Positions 27,765 through 39,889 are shown, numbered from the stretch's first letter. The stretch is 64,000 nt of DNA from Octopus sinensis (GCF_006345805.1 NC_043005.1:15624001-15688000); one strand, 5' to 3'. The notes: generated by a model from the letters alone, not told the origin. A program made the numbers and translations.

Positions 27765-28378
27765 CCGAGCTGGCAGAAACGTTAGCATGCTGGGCGAAAT
27801 GCTTTGCGGTATTTCGTCTGCCGCTACGTTCTGAGTTCAAATTCCGCCGAGGTCGACTTTGTCTTTCATCCTTTCGGGGTCGATTAAATAAGTACCAGTT
27901 ACGCACTGGGGTCGATATAATCGACTTAATCCGTTTGTCTGTCCTTGTTTGTCCTCTCTGTGTTTAGCCTCTAGTGGGTAGTAAAGAAATAGGTATTTCG
28001 TCTGCCGTTACGTTCTGAGTTCAAATTCCGCCGAGGTCGACTTTGCCTTTCATCCTTTCGGGGTCGATAACTTAAGTACTAATTACGCACTGGGGTCGAT
28101 ATAATCGACTTAATCCCTTTGTCTGTCCTTGTTTGTCCCCTCTATGTTTAGCCCCTTGTGGGTAATAAAGAAATAAGAAACGTTAGCACGTCGGGCGAAA
28201 TGCTTAGCGGTATTTCGTCTGTCTTTACATTCTGAGTTCAAATTCCGCCGAGGTCGACTTTGCCTTTCATTCTTTCGGGGTCGATAAATTAAGTGCCCGT
28301 TGCGTAATGGGATCGATCTAATCGACTGGCCCCTTCCCCCAAAATTTTGAGCCTTGTGTCTAGAGTAGAAAAGAATAT
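27765..28378 (+). mobile_element. Three-unit array of the GGCGAGCTGGCAGAAACGTTAGCAC-head SINE
   Basis: head+core+tail2 | core+tail2 | partial head+core+tail1; B-box-like GAGTTCAAATTCC in each core. Confidence 0.9.
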
Positions 28379-29134
28379 ATAAGATGGTGGCATTAATTTC
28401 ATTTGTTGTTTGAGAATCGGTAAAATATGAAAGAACCCCAGACATCCATATGTGAAATGCATTGCATAAGTAACACATACACACATCTGTAGGTGCATTT
28501 GTATATTCGCTTCGTGTGTATTCCGCTTACAATTATGAATGCTGCGGTATTTTGACATATTTTCCAACACAACATATTCCTCTTCACTTCCGCCGCTTTA
28601 TCACTTTATGAATTGTATGCATGTGAGTGCGGGTGTGAGTATATATGATTGATGTTCTGTTTTACATAAGTAGAAGTTTGAGTGGTATATATATATATAT
28701 ACACGCATTCGTACACACACACACACGTCTACGCAAACACACGCAACAACTCGACATACATGCGAAGATTATCATAATCACACCACGACTGCTTCAGTCA
28801 CCTCCCATAACCACCACCTCCTCTCTCTCTCTCACAAACACTGTCTCTCTTTTTCTCTACCATCACCACCACCACCACCACCACCATCGTCAACAGCACT
28901 ATCGTCCCTAGCAGCCGACGATAACACCACCAACACTCCCGTTATCACTGTCGAATGGGTAAAGTAATGAAGTCAAAGGGAAACATAAGGTTGCCTCAAT
29001 ACTATAGGATGAATAACGATTTTTTTCTCTTTCTCTATAACGCATACACTCACGCACGCGCGCACGCACACACACACACAAACACGCATGCGCCCGCGCA
29101 CTCTAAATAAGTTTATTTGAGTCTCTCTCTCTTT

Positions 29135-29543
29135 TGCTCTCTTTTACTTGTTTCAGTCATTTGACTGCGACCATGCTGGAGCACCGCCTTCTAGTCGAGC
29201 AAATCGATCCCGGAACTTATTCTTTGTAAGCCTAGTACTTATTCTATCAGTCTCTTTTGCCGAACCGCTAAGTTACGGGGACGTAAACACACCAGCATCG
29301 GTTGGCAAGCAATGATGGGGGGGGGGCAAACACAGACACACAAACATATACACGCACATACATATATATATACATATATACGACAGGCTTCTTCCAGTTT
29401 CCGTCTACCAAATCCACTCACAAAGCTTTGGTCGGCCCGAGGCAATAGTAGAAGACACTTGCCCAAGGTGCCACGCAGTGGGAATGAACCCGGAACCATG
29501 TGGTCGGTAAGCAAGCTACTTACCACACAGCCACTCCTGCGCC
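29135..29543 (-). mobile_element. CORE-type SINE
   Basis: Same family as 1059-1457. Confidence 0.9.
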
Positions 29544-29963
29544 TGTTTAACAAATATATATTTATCCTCACGGCTTTTCTCCTTCTTCAGCCTATTGGGC
29601 CACCCGTTGAACTGAATTAATGTTAAAGGTCATTGAGAGTTCGATACCCTGGATATCACTCACGCTCTCTTTTACACACACACACAGAAGGTGTCGATTG
29701 ACCAGTCTGATAGACTAAAAAAAAAATTCGCTCTCTCGGGTTATATTATTTCTTTTCTTCTCTTTACTGGTTTCATTCATTAGACTGCGGCCATGCTGAG
29801 GCAGCGACTTCGAAGAGTTTTAGTCGATCCCAGTACTTGTTTTTTCTAAGCTGAGTACTTAGAGTACTATCGGTGTATATATACATATATATATATACAG
29901 ACGCCATGATAGATCATTAGCTACGACACACATTTTTTTTCTCTCCTTGTTTTTTTCTGTGTA

Positions 29964-30001
29964 TCTTTCTGTCGAAGAGCGTAGGCTCGAAACGTAAAAG
30001 A
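29964..30001 (+). ncRNA. Minimal type I hammerhead-like motif (variant core) in a short Penelope-like module
   Basis: UCUUU-CUGUCGA-A-GAGC(GUAG)GCUC-GAAAC-GUA-AAAGA; stems I and II pair perfectly. Confidence 0.5.
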
Positions 30002-30111
30002 CTTTTTCTATTCCTGAGCGCTATACTAATACATTTGTTTGTTTGTAAACCACCTGCCTTCGTCTCTTGTTTATTTTCATAAACTTTCCCTTTATATATA
30101 TATATATATAT

Positions 30112-30144
<33 letters not shown>

Positions 30145-30615
30145 CTCAACATCGCTTGACATCGATGGTGGTGTAGTTAAAAACCCCGCAACTTAGTTGT
30201 TCGCCATAAGAGACCGATGGAATAAGTACTAGGCTTACAAGGATTCGCTCAACTGAAGGCGGTGCTCCAGCATGGAGCACGTCTTCATTAAGCAATAAAG
30301 TTATGACACGCCTAAAGAATGATTTCCCAGACCCTTCTAGTAGTGTTTGATGATAATAATGGTTTCAAAATTTGGCGCAAGATTAACAGCTGTGAAGGAA
30401 GAGGGTTAGCCAGTACTCTCGACCCTCACTGCTTTATCGACCCTGCAAAGATGATCGGCAAAGTTGACCCCGTCGGAATATGAAGTCAGAACATATCTTA
30501 AAATTATTGTTCCGAGGGTCTGCGTTTCTGTCAAATCGCCGCAGAAAATATTGAAAAGAAATATTGAAATAGTATGTTGTTAAGTTGTTTGGTTACTATT
30601 ATGAACTGAAAGATT

Positions 30616-31038
30616 GGATCTTTTCGGTTTGAACGGCAGTTTTTAACATAATTTCTAGGTAACTAAAAAATTTAAAACTTCGTATACTGGTAGAATGTGT
30701 TTATAAAACATCTTCTTCTCTTGGCTTTATTGAGAAAATTCTATAGTTTGTAAGATATTTGTTTTTTTCTTCAATTTCTGCAATTTCAACCAATCGATGA
30801 CGTCCATTGAGGTAAAAACATTCTGTGCCGTATGAATACGTCTCTCGTTTAAGAAACAGATTGGGTTTATTTACATTTGTGAAGAAAAATAGCTACCCTT
30901 CTCCTCACCCCTAACCTTAACCCTAACTAACCCTAAAACACATTGAAATGCAATAGATCGATACTAGGGTTATAATTATGGGTGACAATTTCATATGACA
31001 CCATTAGAAAAAAACTGCCATTCAAACCGAAAAGATCC
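30616..31038. mobile_element. MITE with about 29-bp TIRs and 8-bp TSD (GG termini; Merlin-like by TSD and termini)
   Basis: GGATCTTTTCGGTTTGAACGGCAGTTTTT / AAAAACTGCCATTCAAACCGAAAAGATCC; TSD GAAAGATT at 30608-30615 and 31039-31046. Confidence 0.85.
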
Positions 31039-31989
31039 GAAAGATTTTATTAAAGGTTGATAGATTCTTGTAAATAAATCGTATCTGGTAATCTTTTCTG
31101 AAGCTGAATATTTTGTCATCTCTCAATCCGATATTTTTTACATTGAAATATATATGACGCCATAAACTTTCTGAATGGTCTCTATGTACATATAAAGGTG
31201 ATTCCATACAACCAGTTCGTGATGGAATATAATTTGTAAGACTACGATATGTACGTAATCAATAAAATCCTGTATTGTTCAATAACGAACACATTTTATA
31301 AAGATGATAATTCCGGATGAGATAATGGTGGATTAAAGTTTGAGCCTTTACCGATTCTTCCCAGTATTTTTTTTTTCCATCCTTCATCATTTATGCTTTT
31401 AGCAAAAGGATTATATTTGAGAATAAATTTGGAATGTAGTCTATATATATTTATATCTTTTCAACCCGTTTTTTTTTTGTGAATTCGTCTGCTTTTTCTC
31501 TCCTGTCCCATATCTGTATAATCTGGTAAACAAATTCTTGTCAATTATATAGTTGTCTATTTTTAACAGTATTCATTTAATTTATTTTTTAAACCTCTTT
31601 TTATTGTCAGAGGTACTTGTAAGTTTGATAAATTATCAGCAAATAGAAAACATCCCACTTTCATGGTATTTCTTTAAAAGAATGTTATCAAAAGAATGTC
31701 TTTAAAAGATATTATTATTCTTAAAAGAATGTCTTTAAAAGATGTTATTCTTCTTCACCGCTCTGTGACACATATTGTAGAAATATGTAATACATAGCTG
31801 ACACTTGTATTTACTTCATTGTCTGAATCTGATTCATTTGTATAACAACAACAACAATAATAGTAATACTACAAGACAAAACAATGTACATGATAATACT
31901 TCCAATCAGTTAAGATCAGAAGCCATGAAAGCCACTGTCTGGTACTGCATCAGGGTATTTATTATCATTATTATTATTATTATTATTAT

Positions 31990-32206
31990 TGCGGTGAGCT
32001 GTCATAATTGTTGGCATGCCGGACAAAATGCTTAGCGACATTTCGTCCCTTTTAACGCTCTGAGTTCAAATGCCGATAAGGTCAGTTTTGCTTTTTATCC
32101 TTTCGGGGTCGATAAAATGTGTACCAGTTGAGCACTGAGATCGATGTAATCGACTAGTCCCCCACCCCCAGCCAAAATTTCAGGCCTTGTGCCTATAGTA
32201 GAAAGG

Positions 32207-32241
<35 letters not shown>

Positions 32242-32870
32242 GGCGGTGAGCTGGCAGAAACGTTAGCACGCCAAACGAAATGCTTAGCGGTATTTCGTCT
32301 GCCGCTACGTTCTGAGTTCAAATTCCGCCGAGGTCGATTTTGCCTTTCATCCTTTCGGGGTCGATTAAATAAGTACCAGTTACGCACTGGGGTCGATGTA
32401 ATCGACTTAATCCCTTTGTCTGTTCTTGTTTGTCCTCTCTGTGTTTAGCTCCTTGTGGGTAGTAAAGAAATAGGTATTTCTTCCGGCTCATTATGTTCTG
32501 AGTTTAAATTCCGCCGAGATTGTATTTGCCTTTTATCTTGTCGAGGTCAATGAATTAAGTACCAGTGAAGTACTGGGGTCTATGTAATCGACTGACGTCT
32601 TCTCCCAAACAATTTCAGACATGGTACCTATAGTACAAAGGATTATCATTGAGAAAGGGTCCCGGTGAAATTGTTAACACATCGAACCAAATGATTAGCG
32701 GCATTTTTCCGGTTTATTAGGTTCTGACTTCAAATCCTGCCAAATTCAGTTATGCCTTTCATCCTTTCGGGGTCGATAAAATAAGTACCAGTTGAGCATT
32801 GAAATCGATATAATCCACTCATTTCTCTCAAAATTGCTCACTTTGTGTCAAAATTAGAAAGCATTAATCT
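31990..32870 (+). mobile_element. Cluster of four units of the array-forming SINE, of mixed ages
   Basis: Old monomer at about 31990-32205; young head+core+tail2 at 32242-32472 fused to an old core+tail1; another old copy at about 32650-32870. Confidence 0.8.
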
Positions 32871-33478
32871 AAAGGATATTCTCATTGGATAAATATAAAT
32901 GAGAAAAATATTATTTCAAAGGACTTCAATTGTTTTTCCCATTGAGTTTGGTAAATATATTGCTTTCTTTAATTAAATATCATTTAGTCATGAGGGAAAG
33001 CAGTGCCCATGGGCCTTAAAGGGTGTCCGAAAGTTGTGACAAGGAAGGTATCCTCAAATTGGAGACCTTGTCCGAATCCTTGCTATAGAGACTCAAAAGG
33101 CACTCAATGTGCCAGGAAGTTGTGTTAAACCGGGTAACGGATTAGGCCTGTTATCCAAGAAAGCCACGGCGAGATTTGAGCTCAGAATGCAAAGATTTGG
33201 TGCATATATCACCAGTCATTCGGTATGACATCCTTATAGTTTCACCGGTCCACCATACTGAATTGTTAATCTTTTAGGACTCCAAAAGGATGAAAAATAA
33301 AGTTGATCTCGCTGAGATTGGAACTTAGAGCGCCGATCTTCATAACAAAAGCCGCGAAGCATTCTAGCCAACGCTCTGATGACTGCCAATTCACTACTAC
33401 TTGTGTTACTTGAGCAGTTAGCAAGATTCTTTTATTAACAAATAGCAATTAATCCTGGTTCATAAAGTCATTAATATC

Positions 33479-33772
33479 TGTTGATTGGAGCCAGGCCGAG
33501 CTCAAATATGAAAACCATTAGTTTTTCGTATTTGAGCTCGATATTTTTCAGTAACTTGAAATTAGGCTGCTCTTACTTCTCATCCTTAACTATCATATTC
33601 TTTAAACTTCCCTCCATATATATATATATATATATGGAGGGAAGTTTAAAGAATATGATAGTTAAGGATGAGAAGTAAGAGCAGCCTAATTTCAAGTTAC
33701 TGAAAAATATCGAGCTCAAATACGAAAAACTAATGGTTTTCATATTTGAGCTCGGCCTGGCTCCAATCAACA
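33479..33772. repeat. Perfect 294-bp palindrome centred on (AT)10
   Basis: Arms checked base by base with no mismatch; the ORF track gives identical peptides on both strands. Confidence 0.97.
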
Positions 33773-34025
33773 CGACGAGGGTCCCAGCTGATACGATCAA
33801 CGGAACAGCCCGCTCATGAAATTAACGTGCAACTGACTGAGCAATCCACAGACACGTGTACCACTAACGTAGTTTTCAGGGAGACTCAGCGTGACAAGGC
33901 CGGCCCTTTGAAACATAGTGGACTGGAGCAACGTGAAATAAAGTGTCTTGCTCAAGGACACAACACGTCGCCGGGAATCGACCTCACGACCTTATAATCG
34001 TGAGTCCTAACCACTAAGCTACGCT
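33773..34025 (-). mobile_element. SINE remnant whose 3' end is cut by the palindrome
   Basis: Tail matches 4746-5124 but lacks the terminal 20 bp or so. Confidence 0.7.
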
Positions 34026-35159
34026 TAGCTTATTTTAGCTTATGATTGTCTGTGGTTCAGAATCCGTCAATTTTTTTTTTTAAGTAGAAACTGATTAATC
34101 TTTGTGGCTTTACAGTTACTCTTTATTTTAAGTGTGAGCATGTATACTTATAAAAAGTACTTATAAATATAAGTACTTATAATATATTTCGCTTGTATTT
34201 TTTCAGTATAAGATTGTGTTTTGCATTTTCTAATTACATTTTCATCTGTAATACTTTGAAAGTAGAGTATCAAAATATTTACAGAAAATGGAACAATTGT
34301 ACAATACTAATGTATTCAGAACTCACTACTTTCAATATTTTGAAAACTGATACAGCTATTACAATATACTCTTAATCTTTTAGACATGTAGTAGATACAT
34401 AAATATTTAAATATACTTATAAAGCGAGAGATCGAGTTTCCTCTCTTCTGTCTGTTTCTTTATATATATATATTTTTTTATAATGAATGAACTTTTAAAT
34501 TGCTTAAAAAAAAAATCTAAAGTGACATATTTTTTCAAGAGTATGAATTCTGATATTTAAAACTAAAATCTGAAGACTGTCTTTAAAGGTATAATAAATT
34601 AATTACAAATAATTGGGGTTTAAAAAGCCACACTTTAACGAATTAGTGCCAAAAATTATAATGTCAAGAAGTCGTATGTATATTTTTATATATGATTTTA
34701 ATAACATACTACATTGAGGTGATTGTACTCTACGAATACTTGGAACGAATTTTCCGTTTTGTATCTGGGTGTAACTAAATACCAAGAATTTTATTGCACT
34801 TTTTGCGACGTTGATTCATTAAATATCTTTCATCACAACGATAATTGATAGAATCGGAATTACGAAATTGAATTATTTGAGTTTTAAAAGCATCAAACTG
34901 TTGACCATTTTCAATTGCCCATTTTACAGCCGTTGACAGGACTGTAGAAAAGTTATTTTCTATTGTTATTAATAATACTAAACCAAACATATAAACAGAA
35001 ATCATCAACAAAACCTGACGCTCCCACAGTTTCGTTTAAAGAAACAAACAAATCCTTTGTAAAGAGTAAAAAATAAAACGGGGAAACAAAAAATGAACTC
35101 TGAAAAGACTTTGGAGAAGATTTATAGCTTGACTTTGCTATAAATTAACCTTGTATTAT

Positions 35160-36480
35160 TTTAAGTGAGAAGCTAGCAACAAAATTATAAAGACATAGAA
35201 AATTTTATAATGGCTTGAATTTTTTAAAATTTGGAATGTAATTGTGGGGATCAAAGTGGTCTTACAACTAAGTTTGTAGAGCACAGCGGCATTGTAGACT
35301 TTCAGTTTGGTGAAGAGGTGAATGTCCTTGCGTAGCAATACAATTAATGCGGAGGTTTGCTGAGGCCCTGGGGAGCGTTCTGGATCTTCAATGTGATTTC
35401 TTTATCGAGTGTTCCACAGCTGGACATGATACATCCGAGATGGCTGAAGCAGTCAATATTTCTCAGTTGCGTGTTGACCATGGTTGGTACAAGGTTGCAG
35501 AGTTGAAATGTTGCGTGCAGGCTGCAGGAGGAAATTCAGTCTTCTCGAGGCTGATTGTCAAGTCAAACAACATTGGTGCATTTGAGAATCTGTCGATGGT
35601 TGGTTTTCTATGTATACAATCGTCAGCATCCATGGCCATGGATATCACATACCTTCAATGAAGACGCAGTATTGTTCAAAACATTTCTCTTTCATTTGCT
35701 CCATAGTAAAAAAATCTTGCCCACGAGACTCCGTTCGGGCTGTATTGTGATTTAAGTACAGTTGAAATGAACCCTTTAAAACTGGTGCGAGCCAGGATTT
35801 TGCTTGGAATGAAAAACAGAGAGATGCCTTGATGATTGTCACTGTCCTCTTGAGAGCTTATGTTCTTGCAGACGGCTTCAACTACAGTATCCTGCACATA
35901 GGCGGAATTTCTTCCTCTTTTGGAAGAATGCCTTTAGTGACTTCTGTATGATAGGCGCTTGCGATTCTTCAGGAATACCAACACCACCAAATGTCTTGCC
36001 GCAGCTCCGGCCAGGGAAGGGAAGTTGTTGAGGTGTTCAAGGTCTGGTTTCAAAGGCTGACTGATCGATAGTTTAAGGCGGTTTACTCAGAACGCGAGGG
36101 CATTGTACTGGGTTTTCAGTGTCTAAAAACAGGTTTGACGTTATAAAACTATTTGGAAATAGTTTGTGTTGGATGTAATCGGATTTTTTTTTTATACATC
36201 GAATCACGTAGTGGACGGTCGTCTCTCTGATATTTGTCTGGGAGGATTTAAATATGTCCTTCTTGTGGCCAGAGTTTGGATCATTCAACTTCTCTATGAA
36301 TGCTCTGCTTTTCTTCGTTACTAGGTCGTCGATGGTACACCAACTCTCAACGAACCAGTCTTGGTAAATTAGTTTCTTGCGACCTAGACTTCGATTTTGC
36401 GGTTTCAGTTATAGCTTCTTCGAAAGTGATTTCATTTCTCGAAGATATTTCAAGAAAGTGGGTTGTTTTCTAACAATATC
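35160..36480 (-). pseudogene. Degraded RTE (BovB-like) LINE ORF
   Basis: QDWF, DNHQGISL..SKILAR, EKCFEQ, ADDC..IDRFSNA..LFDLTISLEKTE, TKLKVYNAAVL, with frameshifts and internal deletions. Confidence 0.72.
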
Positions 36481-36724
36481 TGATAGTTTTATGAAAATAT
36501 TTGAAAGCTACCTAAAATTCACGCTGCTATGGTTGTTGCTGTAGTTTGGAGACTGTTTCACCTACTTCTACTGGGTTAGGTCAGTGTGTAGTTTTCGAGT
36601 AGTGTGGACTATAGCCTGCAGTTGGGGTCCAAAACTCGGTGACTCGCACAATTAGAAGAAGAAGAAGAATAAATTGGATATCATTCTGACAAACAATGAC
36701 GTAGCTTGCTTACCAGCCACATGG

Positions 36725-36838
36725 TTCCAGGTTCATTCCCACTGCGGGGCACCTAGGGCAAGTGTCTTCTACTATAGCCTCGGACCGACCAAAGCCTTGT
36801 GAGTGGATTTGGTTGACGGAAACTGAAAGAAGCCCGTC

Positions 36839-36882
<44 letters not shown>

Positions 36883-37105
36883 ATGTATGTGTGTGTATAT
36901 GTTTCTGTTTCTGTGTTTGTCCCCCCTCCCAGCATCGCTTGACAACCGATGCTGGTGTGTTTACGTCCCCGTAACTTAGCGGTTCGGCAAAAGTGTCCGA
37001 TAGAATAAGTACTAGGCTTCCAATGAATAAGTCCTGGGGTCGATTTGCTCGACTAAAAAAGGCGGTGCTCCAGCATGGCCGTAGTCAAATGACTGAAACG
37101 AGCAA
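36725..37105 (+). mobile_element. CORE-type SINE
   Basis: Same family as 1059-1457. Confidence 0.85.
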
Positions 37106-37309
37106 AAGAGCAATCCATCAAATGTCGTTGCTTTGCTCTGAGATGCTTCCTTGTTATTTTAGATTCGTTGATCACATTCAATATAGTGGTTGTGATGATT
37201 AGATCATGCCCTCTACATTTGCCTTCTCCCTCTCAGCAAATCATACGTTCGAAGTCTGCTGTTTCAAATGCCACAGAAGATAGAACATATATTTCCTATT
37301 TCTATGAGG

Positions 37310-37572
37310 AATTACGGTGGCACGTAAAAAGGACCATCCGATTGTGGCCGTTGCAAGCCTCGCCTGGCACCTGTGCCGGTGGCACGTAAAAAGCACCCAC
37401 TACACTCACGGAGTGGTTAGCGTTAGGAAGGGCATCCAGCCGTAGACACATTGCCAGATCAGACTGGAGCCTGGTGCAGCCTCCTGGCTTCCCAGATCCC
37501 GGTTGAACTGTCCAACCCATGCTAGCATGGAAAACAGACGCTAAATGATGATGATGATGATGATGATGATGA
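37310..37572 (+). mobile_element. RTE-type 3' UTR fragment with (GAT)n tail
   Basis: GGTGGCACGTAAAAAGCAC units resemble the 19.2-19.4 kb UTR; ends in (ATG)n. Confidence 0.65.
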
Positions 37573-37579
37573 TAATAAT

Positions 37580-38130
37580 AAATGCCCTGATGCAGTACCA
37601 GACAGTGGCTCTCATGGCTTCTGATCTTAACTGATTGGAAGTGTTATCATGTACATTGTTTTGTCTTGGTATAAAAGATGGGCTACAGCAAATATTCTGC
37701 TCAATACCACAGATTTACTTGTCAGTTGTTTGACCTTAACCAGTTGACCATGTCCTTTAGTGGCTGACGATATGTGCATCACGAGCAGAAGTAGTGGGGG
37801 AGCATCATAACCGTGTGTTGAGAGGGATTCTTTGGGGTTTGAATAATTCACCTCTGGAAACATGGGTGGTTCTTTCAACATCCTTAAACAACCCTTATTC
37901 AGGGACCTTTTAAGCGGGATGGGATACTCAACCTGAAGAAAATTCTAACTGGGCCCCACCTGCAAGGTCATGTGCTGTTTATCTTGATATGAGATGACCC
38001 TGTCGCGCACATATGGTTGTGATGCATGTGCCTGGTGTACCCTTATCAGACGGGTAGTCATGATGGGTATACTGGGCCTTGTATATTTTACCCCAGTGTC
38101 ACTTTGATGGCATGATCTGCTCTCTCACTC

Positions 38131-38187
<57 letters not shown>
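37580..38187 (+). repeat. Unclassified interspersed repeat ending in (AAT)n
   Basis: Its first ~90 bp recur inverted at about 31865-31957. Confidence 0.55.
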
Positions 38188-38191
<4 letters not shown>

Positions 38192-38239
38192 TCGAAAAAT
38201 ACCTTAGGAATGAGAACCCAGGTTCGAAATTTCCCCAAG

Positions 38240-38283
38240 ACACCTGAAGAAGGCTGGAGGGTATATCAGCCGAAATGTTGTGT
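38240..38283 (+). ncRNA. Minimal type I hammerhead ribozyme-like motif
   Basis: ACAC-CUGAAGA-A-GGCUG(GAGGGUAUAU)CAGCC-GAAAU-GUU-GUGU: canonical CUGANGA core, 5-bp stem II, 4-bp stem I. Confidence 0.65.
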
Positions 38284-38562
38284 AAACAACAAACAAGATG
38301 AGGACAAATATCCGTCGAATTTAAATAATCTATACATTTCCCATGTTCGGATTCATAAAAGTATTTACATTTTACGCTTTATGATACGACTGTCAATTTT
38401 CATAATGTTTGAAATACACATTGAGCCATGCCTGTATGCGTGTGTGTGTGTATGTGTTCTGACTGACGCACTAGGAATAAGTCCTGGTCGTCGATTTGCT
38501 CCAGCATGGCCGCAGTCAAATGATTGAAACAAGTAAAAGAGTAAAAGAGTATGTATATATAT

Positions 38563-38604
<42 letters not shown>

Positions 38605-38608
<4 letters not shown>

Positions 38609-38990
38609 GAGTGGCTGTGTGGTAAGTAGCTTGCTTACCAACCACATGGTTCCGGGTTCAATCCCACTGCGTTGCACTTGGGCAAGTGTCTTCTACTATA
38701 GCCTCGAGCCGACCAAAGCCTTGTGAGTGGATTTGGTAGACGGAAACTGAAAAGAACCCCGTCGTATATATGCATATATGTGTGTGTGTGTGTTTGTCTG
38801 TCTGTGTTTGTCCCCCCAACATCGCTTGACAACCGATGCTGGTGTGTTTACATCCCCGTAACTTAGCGGTTCGGCAAAAGACAGCAATAGAATAAGTACT
38901 AGGCTTACAAAAGAATAAGTCCTAAAGGCGGTGCCCCAGCATGGCCACAGTCAAATGACTGAAACAAGTAAAAGAGAGTAAAAGAGAATA
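38605..38990 (+). mobile_element. CORE-type SINE
   Basis: Same family as 1059-1457; a tail fragment also lies at about 38478-38550. Confidence 0.9.
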
Positions 38991-39017
38991 TATATATATA
39001 TGCATATATGTGTGTGT

Positions 39018-39051
<34 letters not shown>

Positions 39052-39264
39052 TACGGAAGCATGCCTCTATAAATAGCCTGCTAGATAGCTCGACAGACAA
39101 TCAGACGGAGAGTAATGAAAGCTGTCAGTGACAGCCAGCTGGACAGATTGTGGAAGCGGAAGTAGCTAAAAGTTTACAAATTAAAATTGGGTGGGGAGAG
39201 TTTTGGGGGAAAAAATCTCTGTTCCTTGTGAGAGCCCTGTTTTCACATAGATCTCCCCGTGTGC

Positions 39265-39319
<55 letters not shown>

Positions 39320-39352
39320 CTATCTATCTATCTATCTTTCTATCTATGAATC

Positions 39353-39636
39353 TTTTCTTTCCACGGGTAAACCTCACCTGTCCTCCCCTTTACACTTCAT
39401 ATTGACATTTCTGTGATTACGATCCCTATTGATCAACATTTTTTCCTCTCCCCTTTTCTTTTTTTTTTCCCTCTCCCCCCTTTTTTTAAAAATCCTCCCT
39501 TTTTTTGTCCTCTTTCTTTCCTTTTACGATCCCTTTTGATCGAAAACCAACCCCCTTTTTTTTACCCCCAAAAGAAAAGCTCTATCTTGTAATTTGTTCT
39601 GTCTGTGTGCAGCCCTGTGTGGCTAATAAAGAAACA
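39353..39636 (+). mobile_element. 5'-truncated retroposon in (TATC)n
   Basis: 12-bp TSD TATCTATGAATC (39341-39352, 39637-39648); 3' end GCCCTGTGTGGCTAATAAAGAAACA. Confidence 0.7.
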
Positions 39637-39645
39637 TATCTATGA

Positions 39646-39715
<70 letters not shown>

Positions 39716-39854
39716 GTAATGTGTGTGTGTGTATATATGTGTGAATGTATGCATGTATGTGTGTGTGTGTGTGCGAATGTATGCATGTTTGTGTGTGTGT
39801 GTGAATGTATGTGTGTGTGTGTGTGAATGTATGCATGTATGTGTGTGTGTGTGT

Positions 39855-39889
<35 letters not shown>

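Noticed and set aside
27765-28378. CRISPR-like array or hammerhead retrozyme array
   Set aside because: Units are about 185-215-bp SINE bodies with a B-box, no unique spacers and no CUGANGA core.
30908-30935. Interstitial telomere or chromosome fusion scar
   Set aside because: Only 3-4 imperfect units, located inside a MITE.
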